64,000 bases of DNA, from assembly GCA_035221665.1 (NCBI GenBank), contig CM069137.1, positions 29,946,001 through 30,010,000 of the forward strand. The letters are read 5' to 3'. The position numbers were made by a program, and so were the translations under genes. Numbering within the stretch: position 1 is the first letter of the stretch; every line of letters starts with the position of its first letter. This stretch comes from Okamejei kenojei (Eukaryota). The notes below the pieces were generated by a model. It was not told where the DNA came from. It made no database searches and saw nothing but the letters and a program-made list of their open reading frames with translations. Of this stretch, positions 1 through 37,956 are shown piece by piece.

Positions 1-1904
1 GTATTTATGTCATACATGTTATTATTAAGGTGGTTTATAATGGAGTAGATGTCTCAGCTCATCTAACCCAATCCTATACCCAAACATCAGATCGATAAAA
101 TTTAATTTCTGTATCATTGTCTTATACACACGTCTCTTTGAACTAACTATATAATAACAATCATACTTAAATCCATATAATATATAATATGAAATAAAAT
201 ACATAATATAAAAGGAATAATAAAAAATGTGAGTAAAGTAAGTGATGTTAGTAAAGTGTAAGGGGAAAAAAAGTGACTGCAACTATAATTAGTGTAGTTA
301 GTATTAGTGTAAGCCACACTAGTGTGGCTATTAATCTACGGACCTCCGTGAAAAAAAAAGATGTTAATAATTCCCGCTCAGTTTTTGCCTTAAGGGCTAT
401 ATATGTCGGGGTATTAAATTTATATACTTAATAATTAATTAATAATACTACTAATATCAAATATAATTAGTGTCATAGCACTATATTAGGAGAGCTATCG
501 TACATTTTTAAGGGGTAGGTAATACAAAACTATATTTATTAATAATCCATCCATCCCTCCTTAACCCCAAGATAAAGTCCATGTCCATTGTTCCTCCTCC
601 TTCCCTGCGGGTCCTCCTTCAGTGTGAATCTTCCTCCTTTTCTGTGGATGGGCAGTATCATCAGGTAAGTGATCAATAATATTCAGTATTGTTCATCTTC
701 CTCTACTTCTTCCTCTTCCAGTTTCTTCTGAATGTTTCGAGTGAATTCAAGAGCTTCTGTATGTTTGGTGAAGTGGTGCTCCTTGTTATCATAAGTTACT
801 CTTAATGTTGCCGGGTACATCAGGCCATATCTCAGCTTCTTTATGTTCCTCAGAATACCTCCTGTTTCTGTAAATAAAGATCTTCTCTTGGCCGCTTCCG
901 CAGGGTAATCTCTGAAGATACTGATGTTCTCTCCCTCATATTTGAGATTTTTCTTACGTATTATTATCTTCATCATATCTTCAAAAACATGATTGTAAGC
1001 CACCTTCACAATCATCTGTCTTGGGGGAGCATCCCTCCTAGGGGTACGTCTCAATGCCCTGTGTGCTCGGTCCAGCAGAGGTTCTTGGTCCAAGTTCAGA
1101 ATATCTTTTAGGAGTTTTCCAGCAAATTTTTGAGGGTCTTGATCTCCCTCTCGGCCTTCACTCAATCCAACAATACGCAAATTCTGATGCCTTTGACGTC
1201 CCTCCAAATCAATGTATTTCTCAGTTATTTTGTGTAATAATTCTGATAAACGCTTTTTCTTGGCAAGACTCTTCTCGGCTGATTCAGTCAATTCTTTTAT
1301 TACGTCATTTTGTTGGTTAAGTGAGGTTTTAATAGCTTCTAACTTGGTATCCAGCAGCAACTCCATCTCACCAGTTTTACTGTTGTTGCACATCAGTACC
1401 CGCTTTATCTTTCCATTCGTCCATCATAGTCTTTACAGTAGTTATAACTTCTTTTTTGAACGCTTCTTTCAAATTTTCGTGATACACCAAAATATCATTT
1501 CTTAAAGCCTTTATTTCTTCTTTATATTCTTTTTTCACGTCCTTAAGCATTTTTTTTAGCTCATCCATAATAATTTTTTTGAGGTCATCATCCATCTTTA
1601 AAATATCTTCCTGGGAGGCACTCAAGCTCGAGCCCGAGGCTCCAGTGAGGCCTACTTCCTTTTTCACAGGCTTTTTCACTTGGAGGGGGTGGGGGGAGGG
1701 GGAGAGAGCGATGCATCGACATTTTCTTGTTAAAGTCGCGTGCCTGATGACGTCACGCACCTTTTCAACGCTACCGGAGCTGTTCACACTTGTTCTCCAC
1801 TGGTGAGTAGCTTCAGTTAACCCCTTTTACCCCTGTTTTTAATACAGTTTTTAGCGGAGCTGTATGGCGCGAGGTCCACTCACTCCATAGCGCCACCGGA
1901 AGTC
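1..1904 (-). mobile_element. L1-clade LINE, 5' portion (5' UTR, ORF1, AT-rich inter-ORF spacer); continues beyond window start
   Basis: Minus strand begins GACTTCCGGTGGCGCTATGG at 1904, a typical non-mammalian L1 5' end. A GC-rich UTR follows, then an ORF1p-like reading frame and an AT-rich spacer (1-680). Confidence 0.8.
683..1787 (-). pseudogene. L1 ORF1p (coiled coil + RRM + CTD, Transposase_22-like), frameshifted near 1385
   Basis: ORF 1377..1787 is a K/E-rich coiled coil. ORF 683..1393 has L1 ORF1p motifs LEGRQRHQNLRIVGLSEG, LDRAHR, PRQMIVK, IFRDYPAEAAKRR and LMYPATLRV. Confidence 0.85.
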
Positions 1905-2719
1905 AAAATAGTTGAATTTGTTACTGAAAAAAACAAATGCTTTACAACAGGGAGAATTAGATATTTTCCATTCTTTTAAGGTAAGCATAGATTTTGGCCC
2001 ATTTTCCAACCTAGTATGGGATGGTTTTAAGGAGACAAGGTGACCTGCAAGTTTGGTCCTCGTACATCTTCTCTTGAGAACATTACATCATAACCAGAGG
2101 TGAATATTCATGTGACAGATACTGATGACTATACTTTTGCCTCTATAAGCTTAAGGTTGGATCACACCTGGGTGGTTACAGACAATTCAGGTCTTTCATA
2201 TATACTTATTCCTTCCATTTTCTGTGCCTGGAGCCTTGCATGTATTCGAAAATTAGAGGGTGGCAATATTGAACAGGGTATTTATCTTGAAACAGCTGCA
2301 GTTTCAACAGCTCATTTATTTATGTGCTTCATTTCAGAGTAAGCTTTACTAATCAAGCTTATAAATGAAAGGATATTGGGTCAACATCAAAACAAATCAA
2401 TTCAGGTTTTTTTTTAAAGCATGTGGTGTATCCTATTGATAACATATTGCTGATAATAAATTATCATGTAGTGTTGTAATGTATGTTGGATCACTTCCAA
2501 GCAGGTGAGAAACAGAACTGTTAGGATGCAAGCAGGATCTGTGTTGAATATTCTAATAATTTTAGGAAATACAATGGTCAGAACATATGTAGTGATGGGA
2601 ATTCAATGTAAAACACATCTTGATTGAAGTTGTGGAGTGCCACAATGTAATTTGCTTCATGGCCCAGAGAGCAGAGTTAAATCTTTCCGATGTTTGCTAG
2701 TGTCATGGGCTAATACTAC

Positions 2720-3278
2720 AGAAAGCTTCCCACCGAGCCGCGCGGCAGAAGGCTTAGTGCGGAACCGCGGCTGTGGACCGGGAACATGGCCCGCTAGGCC
2801 GCAGAGAAGCCGGGACCAGAGCCTCACTGGTCGGAACCCGAGCCGGAGACTTGCAGGTCGGAGCCGGAGCCTCGCGTGTCAGAAGCTGGGGCCTAGGTCG
2901 CCGCCATGGAGGCGTTAGGAGGGGACCCAGCGATGATAGTGGAGAGATCGATGTGGCGACTATATAGTAGATGCCGACCGACGGAAGAGGACAGACCACA
3001 TGCAAGTGACAACGCCACTGCCGGGGGAAGGAACAAAGAAGGACCAGGCATCGGTGGACCACTGTGAAGGAAGAGGAAGAACAATGGACAATGAAGGAAC
3101 TAGCATGGGAGGACCACCGTGAGGAGCGGGAGAACAGAGTGGGAGGGGGAAAGAACAAAGGTGGACCTGTCGCTGGGCACTTTGTAAGTGCCCTTTATAT
3201 GGCGACTATTGCATACCTTGGGAATGCAAGCAAAACATGCCACTGTGACTTGTGACAGGAAAGCATTATTCATTCATT
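2720..3278 (+). mobile_element. CpG-rich non-autonomous retroposon with LINE-type 3' tail
   Basis: GC/CpG-rich body in AT-rich surroundings. Ends with gcataccttgggaatgcaagcaaaacatgccactgtgacttgtgac and (attc)n, similar to the ..cactgtac..gtgacaataa LINE tails elsewhere in the window. Left boundary approximate. Confidence 0.5.
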
Positions 3279-4028
3279 GGAGGCTATGCACCATAGATTT
3301 GGCTCAAGATCTAAAGCAGTGTTGATTTCAGTGGGGTTTGTAAAACCACAGATGAGGAGAAAAGGAGAAAAGTGTATTAGATTTTTACTTCTTATTTTAA
3401 TTTCAATTTTTAATTATTTGTTGATTTTATTTTGATTATTTTGCTAATTTTTAATTCTTTAGAAACTATTTACTTTTTTCTTTCTGAATGACAGTCAAAA
3501 GCATCAAAAATATCTCTATCTTTACATATATTCAAAACATTAACATTTAAATATACTATAAAAAAATGAAAGCAATTGAATCATGTAAATTAGTTTTAAT
3601 TAAACAATGTAAATGACCTGAAAGTCAGAGGAACTGCAGCAGTTGAGACTTCATTGCGAGAATAATGAGCTTCTTAACAGTCTGTAAGGAAGTACAGGTC
3701 CCACTAGTGACTGATGATATACCTTTGGAATAAGTCGGTAAGAATTCAGTTGTAAGCAAAGCAGTTGGTTTATAATTACCCAATAGCATTTAACTAAGAT
3801 CCAACAAAAACGTGATTGCCATTCTTTGGCAGTAATAAACTAGATTAAATGGATTATTGGATATTCCATAAAAAACATGGATTAAAAAGTTTATAATCTG
3901 GGTTCTCATTTCATGCAACGTCAACATTGCTTGAGATTCAGTGGGTGAGATGAAAGGTCATGTTGATCTTTATAGGTTGATACAATAATTCCTCGCCCTT
4001 TAGTCAGCAGAGCAGTCTTTTCTTGAGC

Positions 4029-4135
4029 AAAACACAGAGTGCTGGAGTAATGGCAGGTCAGACAGCATCTGTGGAGGGAATGAATAGACAACAGTTCCCC
4101 AGTCTGAAGAAGAGCCCGGACCCGAAACATTACAT
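4029..4135. mobile_element. Penelope pLTR-derived remnant, partial inverted pair, degenerate hammerhead motif
   Basis: tgctggagtaa...cagcatct arm followed by CTGAAGA (4104-4110) and GAAAC (4124-4128). Confidence 0.65.
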
Positions 4136-4820
4136 ATGTTCGATGAAAATTTGGTTTGGTTTGGGTTGGTTTAGTTTATTTTCATTTATTATTGTCAAGC
4201 GTACCAAGGTACAGTTTTGTGGTCTTGGATGGAACTATTCCCAAACCAGGCTTTAATGTCTCCCCATAAGATGCTCTCTGTGGCGCATCTGCAGAGGTTG
4301 GTGAGGGTTGTTGGGGACATGCTGAACTTCCTAAGCCTTCTAATGAAGTAAGGTGTTGGTGTGCCTCCAAAATCATGCCCATCTTACCCAGAAATTTCCT
4401 AATCAGATTTATGCTTCTGTCATGTAACTTAAAAAGGACTCCTGTCAAAGTCAAGAATAATATCCTAGGTAATCCTTAGTTAATTTATCCCTTCCCATTC
4501 TTGCTCAGCCCACACCCTTTGATTTGGTTGACTGCACCATCCTCATCAGGCAATGACAGCAAAGATGAACTGCCTTAGACTGTTATACACTGTGTGGAGC
4601 AAACAGTCTCAGTCCAATAATTTTATAGCTCCTTCGTGCTCAAAAAAATTAAAAGCTGTTTATGTATTTATTGCCGGCTGTTGTAAACATGTCAAAACAG
4701 TACATGGTATTTGTCTTTAAAGCATGAGCAATAAATATCGTAAAGTGCTGCATATAAAACACACAAAAGACTAGGTGAAGTATTCTTGTATAAAATTGGA
4801 AGCAGTATTTGCTGGCACCC

Positions 4821-6322
4821 GGACGTGGCATAGAAGGACGAGAAGCCAAAGCAAAGAAGTGGAAGCCAAATAACCGAATGGAAACAAAGTCAAAACGCCA
4901 ACTAACCGAAAGGTTGGGACGCCTAAAAGCCAACTAACCGATAGGGTGGGACGCCTAAAAGCAAACTCACCGAAAGGCTGCTTGGGCACTCTGAACCCGA
5001 GCCCCAAGTTGTAAGCGGCCGAAGGAGCTCATTCCTCGGGACAGCCCCCACTCTCCCATGGCCATGGCCGCCCTCTGCCTCGTCTCCCCCGTGCGGCTGT
5101 GCTGTGACAGGCCGTGTATCGGCAGTGCCGGGTGGAGCAGAGGTGTGGAACACAATAGTCCCTCCGCCCACCCAGAGTCACTGACCGCGATGCACCGCCA
5201 TTCACCCCCCGACACCCACACCTACTGATTCACCCCCCACCCACCCCGGCCACGGGGACAGACGGCTCGGGGCATGGGCAGCCATAGAAATTTGCTTTTA
5301 AAATATGGGGTGGGGAGGGACACAGATTCCCCAGTGGGCCAATGACGTTAGCATGACAACAAACAATTTTATCTCCTCCAATGCCCCTCTCCCCCCCCCC
5401 CCCCCCCCCCCCCCCCGACAACAAGAAGCATGTTTTATTTATTGTTTAAACACAGTAATACCATCTGGTTGCCTGCGTAATGCACACAGGCTCCCACGCT
5501 CAAAATACCAGATAATCTGTAATCTGTTTTAACCGAAGATGGACACAAAAAGCTGGAGTAACCCAGCGGAACAGGCGGCATCACTGGTGAGAAGGAATGG
5601 GTGGCGTTTCGGGTCAACACCATTCTTCAGACCTGAAGACTGAGTCTGAAGGGACTTGACCCGAAACGCCACCCATTCCTTCTCTCCAGAGATGCTACCT
5701 GTCCCATTGATTCCCTCCAGCATTTTGTGTCCATCTTTGGTGTGACAGCTTCATCGGCTGAGACCATTCAGCTCCACCCGGCGTTGCCGATACACAGCCC
5801 ATCACAGTGCGGCCGCAGGGGGGAGACGAGGTGGAGGGCGGCCGTGCGAGAGTGGGGGCTGACCCGAGGGATGCGCTCCTTCGGCCGCTTACAACTTGGT
5901 GCTCAGCTTCAGGGTGCCCAGTCACCTATGGCTTGTGTGGGAAAATGATCCCCACCCTCCTGTCTCCACCAGCCAATGATGTGATGGACGCGGGGGTCTG
6001 CAGCAATCGCTGACAAGTCCCATCCCCCCGGCGACGTCATGTCCGTTATTAGACTTTTCAGCAGAGCAGCCATTCGGTGAGTTGGCTTGTAGGCGATGCC
6101 GCCTTTCGGTGAGTTGGCGTTTCGACAGAACGGCCTTTTGGTGAGTTTGCTTTTAGGCGTCCCACCCTTTCAGTTAATTTGCTTTTAGGCATCCCACTCT
6201 TACGGTTAGTTGGCGTTTCAGCTTCATACGCTTTCAGTTATTTGGCGTTTCGGCTTTGTTTCAGCTCGGTTATTTGGCTTCCACTTATTTGCTTCAGCTT
6301 CTCGTCCTTCGACGCCACATCC
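4821..6322. mobile_element. Non-autonomous foldback-type DNA transposon with long modular inverted repeats
   Basis: Left end ggacgtggcatagaaggacgagaagc is the near reverse complement of right end gcttctcgtccttcgacgccacatcc. 4821-4980 mirrors 6065-6322 and 4983-5140 mirrors 5768-5921. Subterminal ~30-bp tandem units. No TSD recognised. Confidence 0.8.
5532..5741. mobile_element. Palindromic Penelope pLTR-derived element nested in the foldback element
   Basis: 5532-5632 is the imperfect reverse complement of 5643-5741. Both arms carry hammerhead-like CTGAAG..GACCCGAAAC boxes next to the centre. Confidence 0.8.
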
Positions 6323-6371
6323 AAAATTATTATGAGCAGATTAAAGGCTACAGATACAATTTTTTTTTATT

Positions 6372-6745
6372 CATTCAAGATATGTGGGCTTCACAGGCAG
6401 AGCCAGCTTTTAATTGTTCATCTCTTACTGCTCTTGAGAATGAAAGGTGTTTTGCCATCTTAAGCTGCTATAGTTTATGGGTAAATCACAATGTGATTGG
6501 GGAGGGAATTCCAGGAGTTTGACCCAGTGACAGCAAAGGAACATGCTCCATTCCTTTCCTGGGACAGTAAGACAACTATGTAGGTCATGCTATTGTGGAT
6601 GAAGTCCCCACAAGCCCACAACCATTGAAGATTTTTGGTTGTGCGGTTCATAGAATAATGGTGTTGGGCTCCAGGATATAACTCCACTCTGACACTGATG
6701 TGGTTGGCATCATCAAATGCTCTTGATGGATAGGTTCTCTCAACT
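6372..6745 (-). mobile_element. Old degenerate LINE 3' fragment (same family as 59105-60135)
   Basis: Shared motifs atgtggg/atgtgac..tttaatt and gaattccaggagtttgacccagtgac vs gagttccatgattttgatccagcaat. Confidence 0.45.
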
Positions 6746-6884
6746 TTTTGAATAATTTCACTCCGTTTAAATAATAAATCATAAAAACAAAAAAATACTG
6801 GCAGTATGTAGTAGTTTAGAAAGCAGTACTTTAAGAGAGAAAAAAAGTATTAAAGCTTCAGGCTAATTAGGCTGGAAATGTAAA

Positions 6885-7397
6885 CTGATTAGGATGGCAT
6901 TAAACTGGAAAGAGTGCAGATAAGATTTCCGAGGATGTTGCCCAGACTCAAGGGTCTGAGCTATAGGGAGGTTTGGGAAAGGTAGGACAACATTCTTTGG
7001 AGCACAGCAAGCTTAGGAGTGATCTTACAGGGATGTATAAAATCATGAGGGGAATGGGATGAATGCAAAGAGTCTTTTATCCCGGTTAGCGGACTCAAGA
7101 ACCAGAGGACATAGGTTTAAGGTAAGAGGGGCAAGATTTAATAGGAAACTGAGGAGCAACCTTTTCACGCCAAGGGTGATGTGTATATGGAAGGAATTGC
7201 CAGAGCAAAGAGTTGAGGCAGGTACTATAACAACATTTAAGAGACATTTGGACAGGTACATGAATAAGAAAGGTTTAGAAGGATGTGGGCCAAACGTGGG
7301 CAAATGGGAGTAGATTAGACGAGGCATTTTGGTTGGTATGAACTAGTTGGGACGATGGGCCTGTTTCCGTGCAGTATGACTTTATGACTCTATGATG
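6885..7397 (+). mobile_element. CR1/HER1 LINE 3' fragment
   Basis: ORF 7059..7313 has the CR1 ORF2 C-terminus (SRTRGHRFKV..NLFTPRV..W.ELP..FKRHLDRYM). 3' hairpin gggcctgtttcc and (tgactcta)n tail. Confidence 0.85.
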
Positions 7398-7547
7398 ACC
7401 AATTACACATTATTATCCCATGTCCGTTTTGGGGTTAGTGGCTTTCCTTGCTGCAGAAGAAGGAAGAATATCAAAGTTAGGGTGGGATATGTGATAATTT
7501 CTGTGATAATTGTCTTTAGATGCCTGCACCTTATATTTCGGACCTTT

Positions 7548-10500
7548 ATAACCATATAACAATTACAGCACGGAGACAGGCCCTCTCGGCCCTTCCAGTC
7601 CGTGCCGACCATTTGTTTTCCCCTAGTCCCATCTACCTGCACTCAGACCATACCCCTCCATTCCCTTCACGTCCATATACCTATCCACATTACTTTTAAA
7701 TGTTAAAATCGATCCTGCCTCCACCACCTCTGCTGGAAGCTCATTCCACACAGCCACCACCCTCTGAGTAAAGAAGTTCCCCCTCACGTTACCCCTAAAC
7801 TTCTGTCCCTTAATTCTCATGTCATGCCCTCTTGTTTGAATCTTCCCTACCCTCAATGGTAAAAGCTTATCCACATCAACTCTGTCTATCCCTTTCATCA
7901 TTTTAAAGACCTTAATCAAGTCACCCCTTAACCTTCTGCGCTCCAAAGAATAAAGACCTAACTTGTTCAACCTTTCTCTGTAACATAGTTGCTGGAACCC
8001 TGGCAACATTCTAGTAAATCTCCTCTGTACTCTCTCTATTTTGTTGACATCCTTCCTATAACTAGGCGACCAAAATTGTACACCATACTCCAGAATTGGT
8101 CTTACCAATGCCTTGTACAATTTTAACATTACTTCCCTACTCCTATATTCAATGCTCTGATTTATAAAGGCCAGCACACCAAAGGCTTTCTTTACCACCC
8201 TATCTACATGCGATTCCACCTTCAGGGAACTATGCACAGTTATTCCTAGATCCCTCTGTTCCACAGCATTCCTCAATTCCCTACCATTTACCATGTACGT
8301 CCTATTTTGATTTGTCCTGCCAAGATGTAGCACTTCACACTTATCAGCATTAAACTCCATCTGCCATCTTTCAGCCCACTTTTCCAAATGGCCCAAATCT
8401 CTCTGTAGACTTTGAGAATCTACTTCATTATCCACAATACCACCTATCTTAGTATCATCTGCATACTTACTTATCCAATTTTCCACCCCATCATCCAGAT
8501 CATTGATGTACATGACAAACAACAGTGGACCCAACACAGATCCCTGAGGCACCCCACTGGTCACCGGCTTCCAACCTGACAAACAGCCATCCACCATTAC
8601 TCTCTGACATCTCCCATTCAGCCACTGTTGAATCCATCTTGCTACTCTGCCATTAACACCCAAAGATTGAACCTTCTTAACCAACCTTCCATGGGGAAAC
8701 TTGTCAAAGGCCTTACTGAAATCCATATAGACAACATCCACTGCTTTACCCTCATCAATTTCCCTAGTTACCGCTTCAAAAAATTCAAGAGGTTTTGTCA
8801 AACATGACCTTCCAGGCACAAATCCATGTTGACTGTTCCTGATCAGACCCTGTTTATCCAGATGCTTATATATATTATCTCTAAGTATCCTTTCTATTAA
8901 TTTGCCCACCACTGACGTCAAACTAATAGGTCTATAATTGCTAGGTTTATTCTTTGAACCCTTTTTAAACAATGGAACAACATGCGCAGTACGCCAATCC
9001 TCCGGCACTATTCCCGTTTCTAATGACATTTGAAATATTTCTGTCATAGCTCCTGCTATTTCTACACTAACTTCCCTCAATGTCCTAGGGAATATCCTGT
9101 CAGGACCTGGAGACTTATCCACCTTTATATTTTTCAAAAGTGTCAGTACTTCCTCCTCTTTGAATCTCATAGTTTCCATAGCTACTCTACTTTTTTCCCT
9201 TACCTCACAGAGTTCAATATCCTTCTCCTTGGTGAATACCGAAGAAAAGAAATTGTTCAATATCTCCCCCATCTCTTTTGGCTCTGCAGATAGCTGTCCA
9301 TTCTGGTTCTCTAATGGTCCAATTTTATCCCTCGTTATCCTTTTGCTATTAATATAGCTGTAGAAACCCTTTGGATTTACTTTCACCTTTCTTGCCAAAG
9401 CAACCTCATATCTTCTTTTAGCCTTCCTAATTTCCTTCTTAAGATTCTTTTTACATTCTTTATACTCCTCTAGCACCTCATTTACTCCATGCCTCCTATA
9501 ATTATTGTAGATATCTCTCTTTTTTCGAAACAAGTGTCTAATTTCCCTTGAAAACTTTCCCATGGCTCTTTCCAATTTTTACTATTTCCTTTCAACCTAA
9601 CAGGGACATAAAGATTCTGTACTCTTACAATTTCCCCTTTAAATGTCCTCCATTTCTCTTCTACATCCTTCCCATGAAACAAAGTGTCCCAATTCACTCC
9701 TTTAAAATCCTCACGCATTCCCTCAAAGTTAGCCTTTCTCCAATCAAAAATCTCCACTCTAGGTCCTGTTCTCGCTCCATAATTATATTGAAACTAATGG
9801 TATTGTGATCACTGGTCCCGAAGTGCTCACCAACGCATACCTCCGTCACCTGTCCTGCCTCATTTCCTAACAGGAGGTCCAGCACTGCCCCTTCTCTGGT
9901 CGGTACCTCTATGTACTGCTGCAAAAAACTATCCTGCACACATTTTACAAACTCCAAACCATCCAGCCCATTTACAGAATGTGTTTCCCAGTCTATTTTT
10001 GGGAAATTGAAATCTCCCACAATCTCTACCTTGTGCTTACTACTAATATCTGCTATCTCCTTACATATTTGCTCTTCCAATTCTCGCTCCCCATTTGGCG
10101 GTCTATAGTACACCCCTAAAAGTGTTGCTACACCGTTCCCACTTCTCAGTTCCACCCAAATAGCCTCCCTAGACGAACCCTCTAATCTATCCTGCCAAAG
10201 CAATGCTGTAATATCCTCTCTGACAAGCAATGCAACACCTCCACCTCTGGTCCCTCCAATGCTATCACCCCGGAAGCAACGAAATCCTGGAATATTTAGT
10301 TTCCAATCACAGCCCTCCTGCAACCATGTTTCACTGATTGCCACAACATCATATTTCCAGGTGTCAATCCAGGCTCTAAGTTCAACCACCTTACTTACAA
10401 TGCTCCTAGTATTAAAATATGCACATTTTATAAACCCACCATCCTTTATTCTCTGTCTATTATCTTTTTCATCTTTCTCGCCTACATTTTGGGTCCGAGT

Positions 10501-10762
10501 GCTTCCCTTCTCTGCCTCTTGCCCCACACCCTGTCCCCTAGCCCCCTCTACCCGAGTCCCTCCCCCCAGCCTTTCTAGTTTAAAGTCTCCCCAGTAGCCT
10601 TTGCAAATCTCCCTGCCAGGATATTGGTCCCCTTCGGGTTCAAGTGCAACCCGTCCTCTGCGTACAGATCATGCCTTCCCCAAAAGAGGTCCCAGTGATC
10701 AAGAAACTTGAATCGCTGCCCACTGCACCAGTCCCTCAGCCACGCATTTAGCCTCCACCTCA
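7548..10762 (-). mobile_element. CR1 LINE, 5'-truncated inside ORF1, near-complete ORF2
   Basis: ORF1 end 10575-10760 (SGNH-esterase-like DGLHLN). ORF2 APE endonuclease (SETW, GVYYRPP, GDFNFP, SDHN) in 9694..10527. RT (NYRPISLTS, DFSKAFD, GVPQGSVLGP, YADD) in 7623..9575. Two frameshifts near 9770 and 9560. 3' tail at about 7548. Confidence 0.95.
7623..10527 (-). pseudogene. CR1 ORF2 endonuclease-reverse transcriptase, frameshifted
   Basis: Three overlapping ORFs (277, 91 and 650 aa) join into a complete APE-RT protein. Confidence 0.9.
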
Positions 10763-10870
10763 ATGATAACAAATTTGTTTGAGATTTATACATAGTTTAT
10801 ACATCATATATCTTGTGGCATTTGTAAACATGTTTGAAGTAAGTGTGCTTATGTCTTTTTTTTTCTTTAG

Positions 10871-37331
<26,461 letters not shown>

Positions 37332-37825
37332 GTAAGCATAAAAATATTTTAATGATTGCAATTCCTTGAACAGAATAATAGTAGAGTACAGTTTATATGG
37401 CAGAAATTGCAGTTTCACAAAATTAAAATGCTGTATAAAGACTTGCCCCTTCACACGGCACTTTGCTGGAAAAAAATCAACTATAAGCATAAATCCTTGG
37501 CTGATTACTGTGTTGTTGACGGATGCTTAAGTCCGTGTGGGTCTGAAAGCAATTTATCAGGACCATAAGATCAGAGCCAAATGTGAGCTGCTAAAGCTGC
37601 TGAGTCCCAATGTCAGTTTTATGGAATTAGTAAAAAAACATTGCTTTATTTTAATTCATTATTTTTTAATTTGAATATTTACCAAGATCAGCTTATTGCT
37701 TGATTCTGGAACTAGAGAGGTTCAGATCAGGGAAGAATTTCAAAGAGTCAAAAGAGTTTATTGACATGTGTCCCTGACAGGACAATTAAATTATTTATTT
37801 GCTTAGCACAACAGAACATAGTAGG

Positions 37826-37956
37826 TGTTAAAGAAGGAACTGCAGATGCTGGAGAATTGAGGGTACACAAAAGGCTGGAGAAACTCAGCGGGTGCAGCAG
37901 CATCTAAGGAGCGAAGGAGATAGGCGACGTTTCGGGTCGAGACCCTTCTTCAGACT
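37826..37956 (-). mobile_element. Penelope pLTR fragment nested in the Rex1 3' UTR
   Basis: Family body plus intact hammerhead core at its 5' end. Confidence 0.82.
37926..37955 (-). ncRNA. Minimal type I hammerhead ribozyme motif (Penelope-associated)
   Basis: Minus strand CUGAAGA-A-GGGUCucGACCC-GAAAC-GUC (37953-37926). Confidence 0.6.

Noticed and set aside
4880-4980. ~30-bp periodic repeats (also 6070-6290) superficially like a CRISPR array
   Set aside because: No unique spacers, no cas genes, eukaryotic context; they are subterminal repeats of an inverted-repeat element.
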